Of a DNA stretch of 64,000 bases, positions 10,145 through 19,991 are shown piece by piece (position 1 is the first letter of the stretch; each line of letters opens with the position of its first letter). The stretch spans positions 32,001-96,000 of the forward strand of contig JAUSGI010000004.1 in the NCBI GenBank assembly GCA_030649135.1, given 5' to 3'. The notes under the pieces are model-generated. The model did no database searches, was not told where the DNA came from, and saw only the letters and a program-made list of their open reading frames with translations. Source of the DNA: a bacterium (GTDB lineage Bacteria > Patescibacteriota > Minisyncoccia > Phycocordibacterales > Zambryskibacteraceae). The position numbers and the translations under genes are program-made.

Positions 10145-11002
10145 ATGGATTTCCTGAAAAAGTATTCCCAAGAAGCAGTTTTGGCGGTACTTGTTCTCTC
10201 GAATATCTTTGTATGGTTTGCGGTCTACCAAAGACAGCCGAGTAATATTCTTAGCGTCTATTTCCTCGACATTGGCCAGGGTGATGCTATTTTTATCGAC
10301 TCACCCGCGCATGGTCGTCTGCTTCTTGATGGCGGTAAGAACAGGTCAGTATTGACGGAACTAGGCAAAATTTTGCCTTTTGCCGACAAGCGTATAGATG
10401 TGATGATTGAATCTCATCCCGACGCTGACCACATTGGCGGTCTGCCGGAAGTAGTTTCGAGATACGATGTCGGAATGTTTCTTGAACCCGGGGTGGAATC
10501 TGATAATAGTATTGATGACGAACTTCACAGGCGAGTAGATGAGAAAAATATTCCGAAAATACTTGCGAGAAGGGGAATGGTGGTGAACTTTGGTGACGGT
10601 GCGAAGCTCCAGATACTTTTTCCTAATCAAGGTGTTTCTAATTGGGAGACAAATAGAGCCTCTATTGTGGCAAAATTGGTGTACGGAAACAAATCTTTCT
10701 TGCTGACAGGAGATTCGCCCATAGCGATTGAAAATGTTTTAATTAATCTTGACCAAAAAATCTTAGATTCTGATGTTTTGAAAGCCGGTCATCACGGTTC
10801 ACGCACCTCTACCTCTCTAGTTTATGCTCAAGCTGTATCGCCAGAATATGCCGTCATTTCTGCCGGCAAAGATAATACTTATGGTCATCCGCACAAAGAA
10901 GTGCTCGATATTTTACAAAAAGTCGGCGCGAAGGTGGTTAGTACCGCCTCCTCCGGCACCATCAAATTTGAAACGGACGGAAAAAATTTAAAATCTAAAT
11001 GA
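10145..11002 (+). CDS. metallo-beta-lactamase-fold protein (free-standing ComEC C-terminal-domain-like)
   Basis: N-terminal TM helix, then HPDADHIGG (HxHxDH) and later GHHGS motifs typical of the ComEC MBL domain. Confidence 0.7.
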   Translation: MDFLKKYSQEAVLAVLVLSNIFVWFAVYQRQPSNILSVYFLDIGQGDAIFIDSPAHGRLLLDGGKNRSVLTELGKILPFADKRIDVMIESHPDADHIGGLPEVVSRYDVGMFLEPGVESDNSIDDELHRRVDEKNIPKILARRGMVVNFGDGAKLQILFPNQGVSNWETNRASIVAKLVYGNKSFLLTGDSPIAIENVLINLDQKILDSDVLKAGHHGSRTSTSLVYAQAVSPEYAVISAGKDNTYGHPHKEVLDILQKVGAKVVSTASSGTIKFETDGKNLKSK

Positions 11003-11043
11003 AGAGGGCGTCACCGTGTGACCGGCGACGCCCTTGTGTCGGA

Positions 11044-12420
11044 CTAGAGTCCGAGTTTCTGCTTCCATCGTTCCGCAACAGCCCTCGCTTTCTTGGGGGC
11101 GATGCCGATATAGAGTGATGGATTCGAGATGACGCTTCGCTGGCGTGGCGTCATCTTCTCGAGGTAGTCCGCCAACTCCGCATCACCCATGACCACCTCC
11201 TCGAGTGGTCGCGATTCGCGTCTAGCTTGGCGCGCCAGGATTCGCACCTTCTCGTGGGCATGAGAATGTCCCAGCGCGGAGAGAATGAGCTGTAACGGCT
11301 CGGCGGCAGTCCCTCCCTTCGTCATGTTGAGATTTCTCTGAAGGTTTTCATGGTTCACCGTGAGTTTATTCATCACTCTCGTCAGGCGTTTAGCCATGGA
11401 AAAGACGTAGGCCACAACCTCGCCATAAGTTCGGGCCGAGGCGGAGTTCGTGAGGTCGCGTTGGTGTTCGCTGATCTGATCAAGGAACACAGTAATGATG
11501 CGCGGCATGACGACCTTCCAGAGACTCTTGGCGTTCTCAAAGTTGATGGGGTTCATCTTCTGCGGCATAGTCGAGGAGCCGACCTGGTCCTCTTCGACTG
11601 GTTCTCCTACCTCAGCGATTTCTGTGCGCTGGAGATGGCGCATATCGTCGGCGAGATTGGCCAGTATGCCGGCAGTAATGGTGACTTCACAGAGAAGACG
11701 CGTCATCGCTTCGGGCGGTACAATCTGGGTTGAGTATTCGGCCGGGATGAGTCCCATCTCGGCAAGTACTTCAGCTTCGAAGACCTCTGGGTCGTCGAAG
11801 AAGAGCGAAGAAGCGTTGTATGCTCCGACTGCTCCCGAGAACTTCCCGGGGAGTTTATCAGCACGAAGCTTCAGCTCTTCGATTGAACCGCCGATGCGAC
11901 TGACGTACTCGGCGATTGCGAAGCCGAACGAGGTCGGGACCGCATGCTGACCATGGGTTCTTCCGGCTTGGGGTGTCTCGGCTTCGTTGTCGGCGAGTGT
12001 GATAAGGACTTTTTCCAACTCGATGAGCGCTGGGATGACCACAATTTCGACAACGTGCTTGTAGCGTGCAGCGTTGGCCGATTCGATGATATCGAATGAT
12101 GTTGCCGATAGATGGACAAACGGTTTCGCGCGATCGCTCAGTCTCGTCTGGATGCGATTCACGAGAGCTCGGATGTCATGCCCGATTCGACCTTCCTCAT
12201 CGTACACTTCTTCGGTCACGACTTCGCCACAGGCCGCCACGATTTCACGCAAAGTGTCTTCGGAGCAAACTCCCCGGCGCTCTAATACGGTTGCAAGTGC
12301 TCGCTCCACACGGAGCTTGTAACGGGTGAACCCGTTCTCGGAGAGATACTTCGCTACTTCGGCATCCCAGTATCGATAATCGATCGGTGAAAGGCTGTCG
12401 AACACATCACGCATTCTCAT
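11044..12420 (-). CDS. purB: adenylosuccinate lyase (G+C-rich gene)
   Basis: SPIDYRY (cf. SPLDGRY), GRTHGQHAVPTSFG and fumarate-lyase signature GSSTMPQKMNP; start taken at MRMRD (ORF opens at 12504). Confidence 0.85.
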   Translation of the reverse strand: MRMRDVFDSLSPIDYRYWDAEVAKYLSENGFTRYKLRVERALATVLERRGVCSEDTLREIVAACGEVVTEEVYDEEGRIGHDIRALVNRIQTRLSDRAKPFVHLSATSFDIIESANAARYKHVVEIVVIPALIELEKVLITLADNEAETPQAGRTHGQHAVPTSFGFAIAEYVSRIGGSIEELKLRADKLPGKFSGAVGAYNASSLFFDDPEVFEAEVLAEMGLIPAEYSTQIVPPEAMTRLLCEVTITAGILANLADDMRHLQRTEIAEVGEPVEEDQVGSSTMPQKMNPINFENAKSLWKVVMPRIITVFLDQISEHQRDLTNSASARTYGEVVAYVFSMAKRLTRVMNKLTVNHENLQRNLNMTKGGTAAEPLQLILSALGHSHAHEKVRILARQARRESRPLEEVVMGDAELADYLEKMTPRQRSVISNPSLYIGIAPKKARAVAERWKQKLGL

Positions 12421-12481
12421 ATCATCCTCCTGTAAAGGTGCGATTCTCGAAACAAAAACTTCGTGTTCCTCGCTAAACCTA

Positions 12482-12688
12482 TCAGTTTCCACCCATCTTT
12501 TCAATCAGCAGTCCGAGTTGCTCATGTATGACTTTTGCTTCGGCAAGGGTCACATTATTTTCCGTATTGGACGTGGGTCCTGATATAAAAATTGAGACTC
12601 CTTTGATACCTTCTATGTCTTTCGCACTTACTTGGACATCAATTGCGTTCCCAAGTTCGTTTATAAATTTTTTCTCGTATTTCTGCAT
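12482..12688 (-). CDS. hypothetical small protein (68 aa)
   Basis: A+T-rich ORF with plausible coding composition; no recognised motif. Confidence 0.3.
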   Translation of the reverse strand: MQKYEKKFINELGNAIDVQVSAKDIEGIKGVSIFISGPTSNTENNVTLAEAKVIHEQLGLLIEKMGGN

Positions 12689-12760
12689 ATTTTTTAATTG
12701 AATATTTATTTGTTATCCATCTGGCCTGCCTGCGCAGGTAGGGGTGATGTTTGAGTCAGT

Positions 12761-13558
12761 CTAAGTAGTTATAGGAAAGATTGCGGAGGGTCCTTCTGTA
12801 AAATCCTGAACTAAACTTCGACTACCAGCTATGAGGTCTGTGTTTCTATAATCATAGGAAGTGCTTCCTATATTAATTACCGTTCCCCCTGCTTCAGAAA
12901 CCAATAGAGAACCTGGAGCAAAGTCATAATCTTTGCCGAATGGGTCAAAACATATCCTTCCTTCTATCTTGCCAGTGGCAACCAGAACAAACTCGTAACC
13001 AGCGCTTATAGTTTGAAGCAAAAGAGATTTCGCCCGTATCTTATTTCGAATCTCCACATTTGCTGGCTTGGCTTGGTTGGTTTCGAGCGCCACAATCGAC
13101 TGATTGGTTGGGCGATCACTGACACTAATCCTTTTTCCATCCTCAAATGCCCCTTTGCCTTTTTCTGCGTGATACATAATATCATTTCTGAAATCATAGA
13201 TTGCAGAAAAGATAACCTGACCATCTTCAACCAAGGCAACCATAGTTGTACAAAACGGTATACCTCGTACAAAGTGCATAGTTCCATCTATCGGATCTAC
13301 AAGCCATAATTTCTTACCATCCCGACTACCTCCAAATTCTTCGCCCACAAATTCTATTGTCGGATCAATTTTCTTGAATTCAGCTCTAAGATACTGCTCT
13401 ACTTCATGATCCAGTTTCGTGACCACATTATGGGGAGACTCATCTTTTTGGCTTACGATTTCTACTTTGCCGTAAAAGGGTAAAGTGATGCTTCTCGTGG
13501 AGCGAATAATTGATAAAGCTTCTTCGGTAACGGTTTTCATATCTTGAGAATACCACAA
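12761..13558 (-). CDS. suhB: inositol monophosphatase-family phosphatase
   Basis: WLVDPIDGT metal-binding motif; 265 aa. Confidence 0.85.
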   Translation of the reverse strand: MWYSQDMKTVTEEALSIIRSTRSITLPFYGKVEIVSQKDESPHNVVTKLDHEVEQYLRAEFKKIDPTIEFVGEEFGGSRDGKKLWLVDPIDGTMHFVRGIPFCTTMVALVEDGQVIFSAIYDFRNDIMYHAEKGKGAFEDGKRISVSDRPTNQSIVALETNQAKPANVEIRNKIRAKSLLLQTISAGYEFVLVATGKIEGRICFDPFGKDYDFAPGSLLVSEAGGTVINIGSTSYDYRNTDLIAGSRSLVQDFTEGPSAIFPITT

Positions 13559-13583
13559 GCTGGCTGTCTGGCACGATACAGAC

Positions 13584-13856
13584 CTATTTTAAGGAAATAA
13601 TTTGGAGGCCTTTTTCGTCAATATCTTTGCGAGGATAGAATACAGTTAAGTCATCAATCTTCTTTCTGTCGACATAACTAACCTGTTTCTCCAACTCTCG
13701 ACCGGTATAATTCTTAGCCACTGGGTCCCATTCTTTAAGAACCAAAGTGTCTCCTTCAGCAATGTCAAAATCATTTAAGCGTAATTCAAATGTCTTCTTG
13801 CCATCAAGAATGGCTTGGAAAGATTCCGGCCAAATTTTCTTTTCTACTTTTCTCAT
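13584..13856 (-). CDS. ASCH-like / DUF3850-type small protein
   Basis: WPESFQAILDGKKTFELRLNDFD closely resembles the DUF3850 N-terminus. Confidence 0.5.
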   Translation of the reverse strand: MRKVEKKIWPESFQAILDGKKTFELRLNDFDIAEGDTLVLKEWDPVAKNYTGRELEKQVSYVDRKKIDDLTVFYPRKDIDEKGLQIISLK

Positions 13857-13897
13857 AATCTAATTTTATACTACCTGCACAACGTGTTTCATGGATT

Positions 13898-14848
13898 CTA
13901 CTTTTTTGTTCTGGCACGAGCCCCAGCAGAGCTTTTTGGCTGGACAACTGTTTTTTTGGGACCGGCGTCTTCCTTGGTAGAACCAAGTTTTTTGGGAGCA
14001 ATTACATCTATGTAATGTGAGCTGGCATCATCATCTTTTTTATTAACAATATGTATAAGTTTTTTTAGTTCCGTTAAATATTCATCAGAATTTTTAGAAT
14101 CTTCAATTTTAAGTCCCATATCTTTGCAGGCATCTCTGTCGTAACAGTGTCCATGAGAGAAAGTGTTTCTCGCAAGGTCTCTGGATATGTCTCTTGCCAC
14201 ATTCTTGTCATAGCCAGCCAATTCTAATAGCTCATCAGCATAGAATTGTGCCTCCCACACTATTGTTTCCATCTCTCTGTAATGTACTATGTCTATTTTT
14301 TCTACCATTTGTTTCCATGGTATAGGCATTTCGTCAGGTGTCATTTTCTTAAACTTGCGTTCGATGTCATTGACCTTTTCTATAATTCCATAGCTAGAAA
14401 CCCATTCTCCTCTGTATCGTATCTGAGGGTCAATGGGGGTTAGGTATCCAAGATCGCCAAGAGTGATATTGTTACCCGCAAGTGACATTAATGTGGCTCC
14501 GCTCGCTGCCTCATAAGGAACAAAAACATGCAAAAAATCAAATCTCTTCCTAAGAAATCTGGCTATATTATAGGCGGAAGAAAGACTACCACCAGGGGAA
14601 TGAAGAAGTAAAAATGCTTTTTTTACGTTCTGGCAGTTTTTATCCACTTCCTCCTCGAGTTTATATACATCATTGGTGGATATTGAGACTGAACTGTAAC
14701 TTGCAGGATTGATTCTTATTAATTTATCTGAGGCAATAAAAGTAATAACGGCAACTGCGTTTCTGTCTGCTATCTTTTGCAACGGCTCCAGTTCTTCTTC
14801 AGTAAACATAATCGAGTACATCCTTTCATAAAGGCAACTAATATTCAA
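13898..14848 (-). CDS. ClpP/crotonase-fold serine protease (S49/SDH family)
   Basis: LLLHSPGGSLSSAYNIARFL with catalytic-Ser SPGG motif; Lys-rich C-terminal tail. Confidence 0.6.
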   Translation of the reverse strand: MNISCLYERMYSIMFTEEELEPLQKIADRNAVAVITFIASDKLIRINPASYSSVSISTNDVYKLEEEVDKNCQNVKKAFLLLHSPGGSLSSAYNIARFLRKRFDFLHVFVPYEAASGATLMSLAGNNITLGDLGYLTPIDPQIRYRGEWVSSYGIIEKVNDIERKFKKMTPDEMPIPWKQMVEKIDIVHYREMETIVWEAQFYADELLELAGYDKNVARDISRDLARNTFSHGHCYDRDACKDMGLKIEDSKNSDEYLTELKKLIHIVNKKDDDASSHYIDVIAPKKLGSTKEDAGPKKTVVQPKSSAGARARTKK

Positions 14849-14920
14849 CTCTCTCTAATTCTAAGTGCACCTAATTGACGCGTTATTGGCAGGGAGGCTC
14901 TAAAACAAGACTCTCAAAAC

Positions 14921-15163
14921 TTAAATCACCCCGGCTTTTTTGAGGACGGAGTGGGCGCCGCGTTTGTTAATGGTCTTGATGGCTCTGGTGGAGAGAATGA
15001 GAGTAATAGTCTTCTTCAGTTCCGGCACGTAAATGCGCTTTTTCTGGAGATTGGGGTACTTACGAACAGACCCGGTGGGGTTAAATTGGGTGGCACGGGT
15101 GCGGTTGGAATATCCGCCTCCCATCCTCGAACCCTTGCTGTTTATTGGACAAATTCTCGGCAT
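14921..15163 (-). CDS. rpmB: ribosomal protein L28
   Basis: MPRICPINSKGSRMGGGYSNRTRATQF...NLQKKRIYV; 80 aa. Confidence 0.85.
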   Translation of the reverse strand: MPRICPINSKGSRMGGGYSNRTRATQFNPTGSVRKYPNLQKKRIYVPELKKTITLILSTRAIKTINKRGAHSVLKKAGVI

Positions 15164-15195
15164 AATCGAGTTAATTTACATGATATAATCGGCAA

Positions 15196-15804
15196 ATGCA
15201 AGTCGATTTTATCTTCCAAATCGCCATTCTCATCATGTCGGTGGTCATTCACGAAGTCTCTCACGGTTATGTCGCAAGCTATCTGGGGGACCAGACTGCC
15301 CGATATCAAGGTCGTCTGACCCTCAACCCCATCAAGCACCTCGATATGACTGGTTCAATATTGGTGCCAGCCCTTTCCTACTTTCTGGGTGGTTTCATTT
15401 TCGGTTGGGCCAAGCCCGTGCCATATAATCCCTACAACCTAAGGCCGGGACGCTGGTCGGAGGCGGCCGTGGCGGCCGCCGGTCCGGTCTCCAATCTTCT
15501 CCTGGCACTTATTTTCGGCCTGCTTCTACGCGTTGGTATTTCCGACGACCCTGCTTTTGTCAAAATCACGGCGATGATTGTCTTTATCAATATTCTGCTC
15601 GCCATCTTTAATCTGGTGCCCATCCCACCTCTTGATGGCTCTAAACTGCTTTTTGCCGTTTTTCCTAATAAACTCTTCCAAATCAGAGGATTCTTTGAGA
15701 GATACGGTCTCGTCCTTATCCTTTTCTTCATCTTCTTCCTCTGGCAGTTTATTTCCCCGGTCATTGTCCTACTCTTTCGCCTGATTACCGGTATTGCAAT
15801 TTAG
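15196..15804 (+). CDS. M50-family (site-2-protease-like) membrane zinc metalloprotease
   Basis: HEVSHGY (HExxH) in the first TM helix; multi-TM; 202 aa. Confidence 0.7.
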   Translation: MQVDFIFQIAILIMSVVIHEVSHGYVASYLGDQTARYQGRLTLNPIKHLDMTGSILVPALSYFLGGFIFGWAKPVPYNPYNLRPGRWSEAAVAAAGPVSNLLLALIFGLLLRVGISDDPAFVKITAMIVFINILLAIFNLVPIPPLDGSKLLFAVFPNKLFQIRGFFERYGLVLILFFIFFLWQFISPVIVLLFRLITGIAI

Positions 15805-15851
15805 GCTACTGTTTAGTAGAGTTACGGTCTCCCGCTGGGAGCATTTTTGTA

Positions 15852-16265
15852 ATGAGCACCATCAATCAACTCATCAAGCGCAAAAGGAAAAAGATTGCCC
15901 GCAAAACCAAGGCAATTGCTTTGACGCGTGGCTTTAATACCATCAAGAACCGCCCTGTTTTCTACAAATCTCCCTTCAAGCGGGGAGTGGCTACTAAAGT
16001 AACAACCAAGACTCCCAAGAAACCAAACTCCGCCATCAGAAAGATTGCCAGAGTCCGTCTGACCAATGGTATGGAGGTCACCGCCTATATCCCCGGCATC
16101 GGGCACAATTTACAGGAGCACTCGGTGGTTGTGATTCGCGGCGGGCGCGTTAAGGATGTGGGTCTGCGTTACACTATTGTGCGCGGGGTGCTTGACGCCA
16201 CTGGAGTTGAGAACAGGAAGCAGACCCGAAGTCAGTACGGAGTCAAAAAACCTAAAAATAAATGA
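15852..16265 (+). CDS. rpsL: ribosomal protein S12
   Basis: [19 protein letters not shown]...[10 protein letters not shown] motifs. Confidence 0.95.
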   Translation: MSTINQLIKRKRKKIARKTKAIALTRGFNTIKNRPVFYKSPFKRGVATKVTTKTPKKPNSAIRKIARVRLTNGMEVTAYIPGIGHNLQEHSVVVIRGGRVKDVGLRYTIVRGVLDATGVENRKQTRSQYGVKKPKNK

Positions 16266-16732
16266 GACGCAAACTTAAAGCCAAGCCCAAGATAAATCCC
16301 GATTTCGTTTATGATTCGGAGAAAGTCACGAAGTTTATTAACTACTGCATGGAACGCGGCAAGAAGACTACCGCCCGCAAAATTGTCTACCAATCTTTTG
16401 ATGTAATAAAAGAGAAGACCAAGAACCCGAACCCCTTGGAAGTCTTTGAGTCAGCGCTCAAAAATACCGGTCCGACCATGGAAGTACGCTCAAGACGTGT
16501 CGGCGGAGCCAACTATCAGATTCCCCGCGAAGTACGTCCGGAACGCCGCCAATTTCTCTCGATGATGTGGATTATCGATGCCGCTCGCCACAAGAAAGGT
16601 AAACCCATGCATGAAAAATTAGCCGAAGAAATTATTGCCGCTTCCAATAATGAAGGTGACGCAGTCCGCAAGCGCGAGAATACTCACAAAATGGCGGAAG
16701 CCAACAAGGCCTTCGCCCACTTCGCGTGGTGA
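16262..16732 (+). CDS. rpsG: ribosomal protein S7
   Basis: S7 N- and C-terminal signatures; str-operon position. Confidence 0.95.
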   Translation: MRRKLKAKPKINPDFVYDSEKVTKFINYCMERGKKTTARKIVYQSFDVIKEKTKNPNPLEVFESALKNTGPTMEVRSRRVGGANYQIPREVRPERRQFLSMMWIIDAARHKKGKPMHEKLAEEIIAASNNEGDAVRKRENTHKMAEANKAFAHFAW

Positions 16733-16737
16733 GGGTC

Positions 16738-16775
16738 TGAAAGACCCCACCCCGCCATGGCGGGGTCTAAGATTT
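16738..16775 (+). terminator. tandem GC hairpins between rpsG and fusA
   Basis: ggggtctgaaagacccc followed by ccccgccatggcgggg. Confidence 0.5.
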
Positions 16776-16807
16776 TATAATTCATTTCATTCATAATAAA
16801 ATCTAAG

Positions 16808-18976
16808 ATGGAACGAGACTATCCTTTAGAACGCGTCAGAAATTTTGGAATAATTGCGCATATTGACGCTGGTAAGACCACCACTTCCGAACGAGTACTT
16901 TTTTATACCGGTTCACAGCACGATATTGGCGAAGTGCATGAGGGAGATACCACTACCGACTGGATGGAACAAGAACGCGAACGCGGTATCACTATCACTG
17001 CCGCTGCCATTACCTGTTTCTGGGCGCCGACTTATCTAACCGAAGCTGAAAGACTGAAAAAAGAAAATAAGTTTCGTTTCAATATTATCGATACCCCCGG
17101 CCACATCGACTTTACCGTGGAAGTGAAGCGCTCGCTTAGGGTGCTTGACGGCGCGGTGGTCGTTTTCGACGGGGTGGCCGGTGTGGAACCGCAGTCCGAG
17201 ACCAACTGGCGTTATGCCGAAGAAGCTCTGGTACCTCGTATTTGCTTCGTCAATAAACTGGACCGCACCGGCGCATCCTTCGAGCGCTCATACAAATCAA
17301 TTCTTGACCGGCTTTCCAAAAAAGCGGTGCGCATGCAGATTCCGATAGGGGAAGAAGCCAAACACGAGGGTGTAATAGATTTGCTCAAAATGAAAGCTTA
17401 TTATTTCGAAGGTAATATGGGCAACTTGGTGATTGAGAAAGAAATTCCGGAAAATCTGCGTGCCGATGCGGAAAAGTATCGTGCCGAATTGGTGGAAAAG
17501 GTGGCGGAGAGTGATGAAGTGCTTATGAACATGTATCTCGAAGGCAAAGAGAAAGAGATTAGTCTTGATGCTCTTAAAGCGACCCTTCGTAAAGCGGTTA
17601 TCGCCAATAAAATTTTCCCGGTCTTTGCCGGCTCGGCTCTCAAGAATAAAGGCGTCCAGCTTGTACTTGATTCGGTGGTAGATTTCCTGCCTTCTCCTCT
17701 CGACATTCCTAGCATTCGCGGTATTGACCCTCGCACCGGAGAGGAAGTAGAGCGCCATGCATCGGATAGTGAACCATTCTCGGCCTTGGCATTCAAACTC
17801 CAGTCCGACCCGTTCGTTGGTCAACTGACTTTCTTCCGCGTCTATTCCGGCACGATTGAATCCGGCACTTATTTGCATAATTCAACCACTGGCGAGAACG
17901 AGCGACTCGGCCGCATCGTACGTCTGCAGGCTAATCAGCGGGAGGAGGTTAAAAAAGTTTTTGCCGGAGAAATTGCCGCCGCTGTTGGTCTAAAGAATGC
18001 CAAGACTTCGCATACTTTCTCAGACGAAGCTCACCCCATTATTCTCGGAGAGATTTCATTCCCGGAACCGGTCATCTCTCTGCGCATCGAACCGAAGACT
18101 AAGGCTGACCAAGAGAAAATGGGTATGGCTCTCAAGCGATTATCCGATGAGGACCCGACTTTCAAAATTAAATCGGACCAGGAGACCGGCGAGACGGTCA
18201 TCATGGGTATGGGCGAACTTCATCTCGAAATTATTGTGGACCGTATGAAGCGGGAATTTTCCGTTGAAGCTAATGTTGGCAAACCACAAGTGGCGTACAA
18301 AGAGACCATTACAGGCGAAGCGGAGGTGGAAAATAAATATATCAAGCAAACCGGAGGTAAGGGTCAGTACGGACACGTCAAAATTAAGATTAAGCCTCTG
18401 CCTAAATATGACCCTGAAGAAAAAGTGCCGAAGAATGCTTCTCGCGAGCCCGGATTCGAATTTATTAATGCTATTAAAGGAGGTGTCATCCCGCAGGAAT
18501 TTATTCCAGCTGTGGAGAAAGGTATTAGAGAAGCTATGGACAGAGGTATCGTGGCTGGCTATAAGATGACGGATATTTCGGCCGAACTTAATTACGGTTC
18601 TTACCACGACGTTGACTCTTCAGAAATTGCCTACAAAATTGCGGCCTCGCAGGCTTTCCAAGAAGCGGCAAGGAAAGCCAAACCGGTGCTCCTCGAACCT
18701 ATTATGAAAGTAGAAGTAGTAATGCCGGAGAAGTTTATGGGCGATATCACCGGTAATCTCTCTGGCAAGCGGGCCCAAATCGAAGCTATGGAAGATAGGG
18801 GAGAACTCAAAGTAGTCCGGGCCAAAGTGCCTCTCTCCGAAATGTTCGGTTATGTCACCTCGCTTCGCTCTATGACCGAAGGCCGCGGTTCCTCGACTAT
18901 GGAATTCGACCACTATGCCATCGTGCCGACAAACGTTGCTCTAACTATCATCGAAGCGAGAACAGGCGGGAAATAG
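16808..18976 (+). CDS. fusA: elongation factor G
   Basis: AHIDAGKTT G-domain and NIIDTPGHIDF; 722 aa. Confidence 0.95.
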   Translation: MERDYPLERVRNFGIIAHIDAGKTTTSERVLFYTGSQHDIGEVHEGDTTTDWMEQERERGITITAAAITCFWAPTYLTEAERLKKENKFRFNIIDTPGHIDFTVEVKRSLRVLDGAVVVFDGVAGVEPQSETNWRYAEEALVPRICFVNKLDRTGASFERSYKSILDRLSKKAVRMQIPIGEEAKHEGVIDLLKMKAYYFEGNMGNLVIEKEIPENLRADAEKYRAELVEKVAESDEVLMNMYLEGKEKEISLDALKATLRKAVIANKIFPVFAGSALKNKGVQLVLDSVVDFLPSPLDIPSIRGIDPRTGEEVERHASDSEPFSALAFKLQSDPFVGQLTFFRVYSGTIESGTYLHNSTTGENERLGRIVRLQANQREEVKKVFAGEIAAAVGLKNAKTSHTFSDEAHPIILGEISFPEPVISLRIEPKTKADQEKMGMALKRLSDEDPTFKIKSDQETGETVIMGMGELHLEIIVDRMKREFSVEANVGKPQVAYKETITGEAEVENKYIKQTGGKGQYGHVKIKIKPLPKYDPEEKVPKNASREPGFEFINAIKGGVIPQEFIPAVEKGIREAMDRGIVAGYKMTDISAELNYGSYHDVDSSEIAYKIAASQAFQEAARKAKPVLLEPIMKVEVVMPEKFMGDITGNLSGKRAQIEAMEDRGELKVVRAKVPLSEMFGYVTSLRSMTEGRGSSTMEFDHYAIVPTNVALTIIEARTGGK

Positions 18977-19070
18977 CTTTTAATACGGAAAATTTGACAT
19001 TGTGATTAGTTTGTGACAGAGTGAAAGTAGACGTACGGCCCTGCGGGCCAAATTCAAGGAGGACACTATC

Positions 19071-19337
19071 ATGTTGCGTTGGGGTGCTATGCTCTTCATC
19101 GGCGTGCTGATCTTTCTGTGCGGGGTGTTTGTGTCAGACAGGTGGGTGGTCGTCGGTAAGGCAGAGGCCATATCATCCGGCCGTCCACACTGTCAGGCGT
19201 ACATGGACCACGCCGTTCGGGCGGTCCAGGAAAGTGAGCATCAGTATGGAGCGCCGAACTACGCGAAAGCAGTAGCATCGACGGCCTGGAGTGCCATCTA
19301 CCGTAACTGCATGGGGGGGGCCCTACTAGTCCGGTAA
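19071..19337 (+). CDS. hypothetical small membrane protein (G+C-rich cassette, first gene)
   Basis: AAGGAGG SD 8 nt upstream; one TM helix; a G8 tract lies in its 3' end. Confidence 0.35.
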   Translation: MLRWGAMLFIGVLIFLCGVFVSDRWVVVGKAEAISSGRPHCQAYMDHAVRAVQESEHQYGAPNYAKAVASTAWSAIYRNCMGGALLVR

Positions 19338-19442
19338 GGGACTTCCAATGCGCTAATCTTTTTTCATGTTCGCCGCCGGTCTGCTTACCCAGACCGGCTT
19401 TATTATTTCTTACTTTGAAGATTGCACATTCAGAATTTTCGG

Positions 19443-19471
19443 TTGACGAATTTTATATTAAGTCTTATAAT
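19443..19471 (+). promoter_or_regulatory. sigma70-like promoter TTGACG-N17-TATAAT for the 19522 ORF
   Basis: ttgacgaattttatattaagtcttataat gives exact -35/-10 spacing. Confidence 0.5.
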
Positions 19472-19521
19472 ATAGGAAGGAACGAACACGAGTTAACCCT
19501 CTATCCATAAAGGGGGAAGAG

Positions 19522-19803
19522 ATGAAAAAGGTTATCGTCCTCTTACTGCTTCTCGGCACCGATTACTGGATTGACCAAGACAACCGAATCATCTTCGGCA
19601 GGACGCCGAAGATCGTGAACGAGATTTGCTTCATGAGGGGAGGGGCGTTTTTCGGAAAAAACGGCAGAAGGCTCGTCTGGGCCGACGGCTGTCATGACCC
19701 GTGGGACGATGTAATGATTCTCCCGCTCGAGGCCCGGAGCCCCGAGCACTACATTCACAGGCACGAACTCAAGCACCGTCTCGACGGTGCTTGGCATGAC
19801 TGA
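19522..19803 (+). CDS. hypothetical secreted small protein (G+C-rich cassette, second gene)
   Basis: signal-peptide-like MKKVIVLLLLLG; GGGGAAGAG SD. Confidence 0.4.
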   Translation: MKKVIVLLLLLGTDYWIDQDNRIIFGRTPKIVNEICFMRGGAFFGKNGRRLVWADGCHDPWDDVMILPLEARSPEHYIHRHELKHRLDGAWHD

Positions 19804-19814
19804 CAATGAGGGAG

Positions 19815-19850
19815 CTGGACCCCCGGCACGCACGCGTGCCGGGGTTTTCG
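19815..19850 (+). terminator. hairpin terminator ending the fusA|tuf cassette
   Basis: ccccggcacgcacgcgtgccgggg followed by a T-run. Confidence 0.55.
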
Positions 19851-19991
19851 CTGGATTGACTATTTCTGCCCTTTTGTATACCATAGCCCTTACGCGTTAA
19901 CGTTTGTTGGTACTTTGATATTTTCTTCATAGACCATATAGCGGTTTAGTGCGTTAAAACATTAATATCTATTCAATAATAATTTACTAAT

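Noticed and set aside
11350-12329. Plus-strand ORFs (11350..11733, 11495..11950, 12074..12322) inside purB
   Set aside because: They are antisense frames in a G+C-rich gene. The minus-strand frame carries the fumarate-lyase signature, and high GC inflates spurious ORFs.
17297-18607. Minus-strand ORFs inside fusA (17297..17878, 17401..17796, 18140..18607)
   Set aside because: They are fully embedded antisense to a conserved EF-G coding frame and have no start signals.
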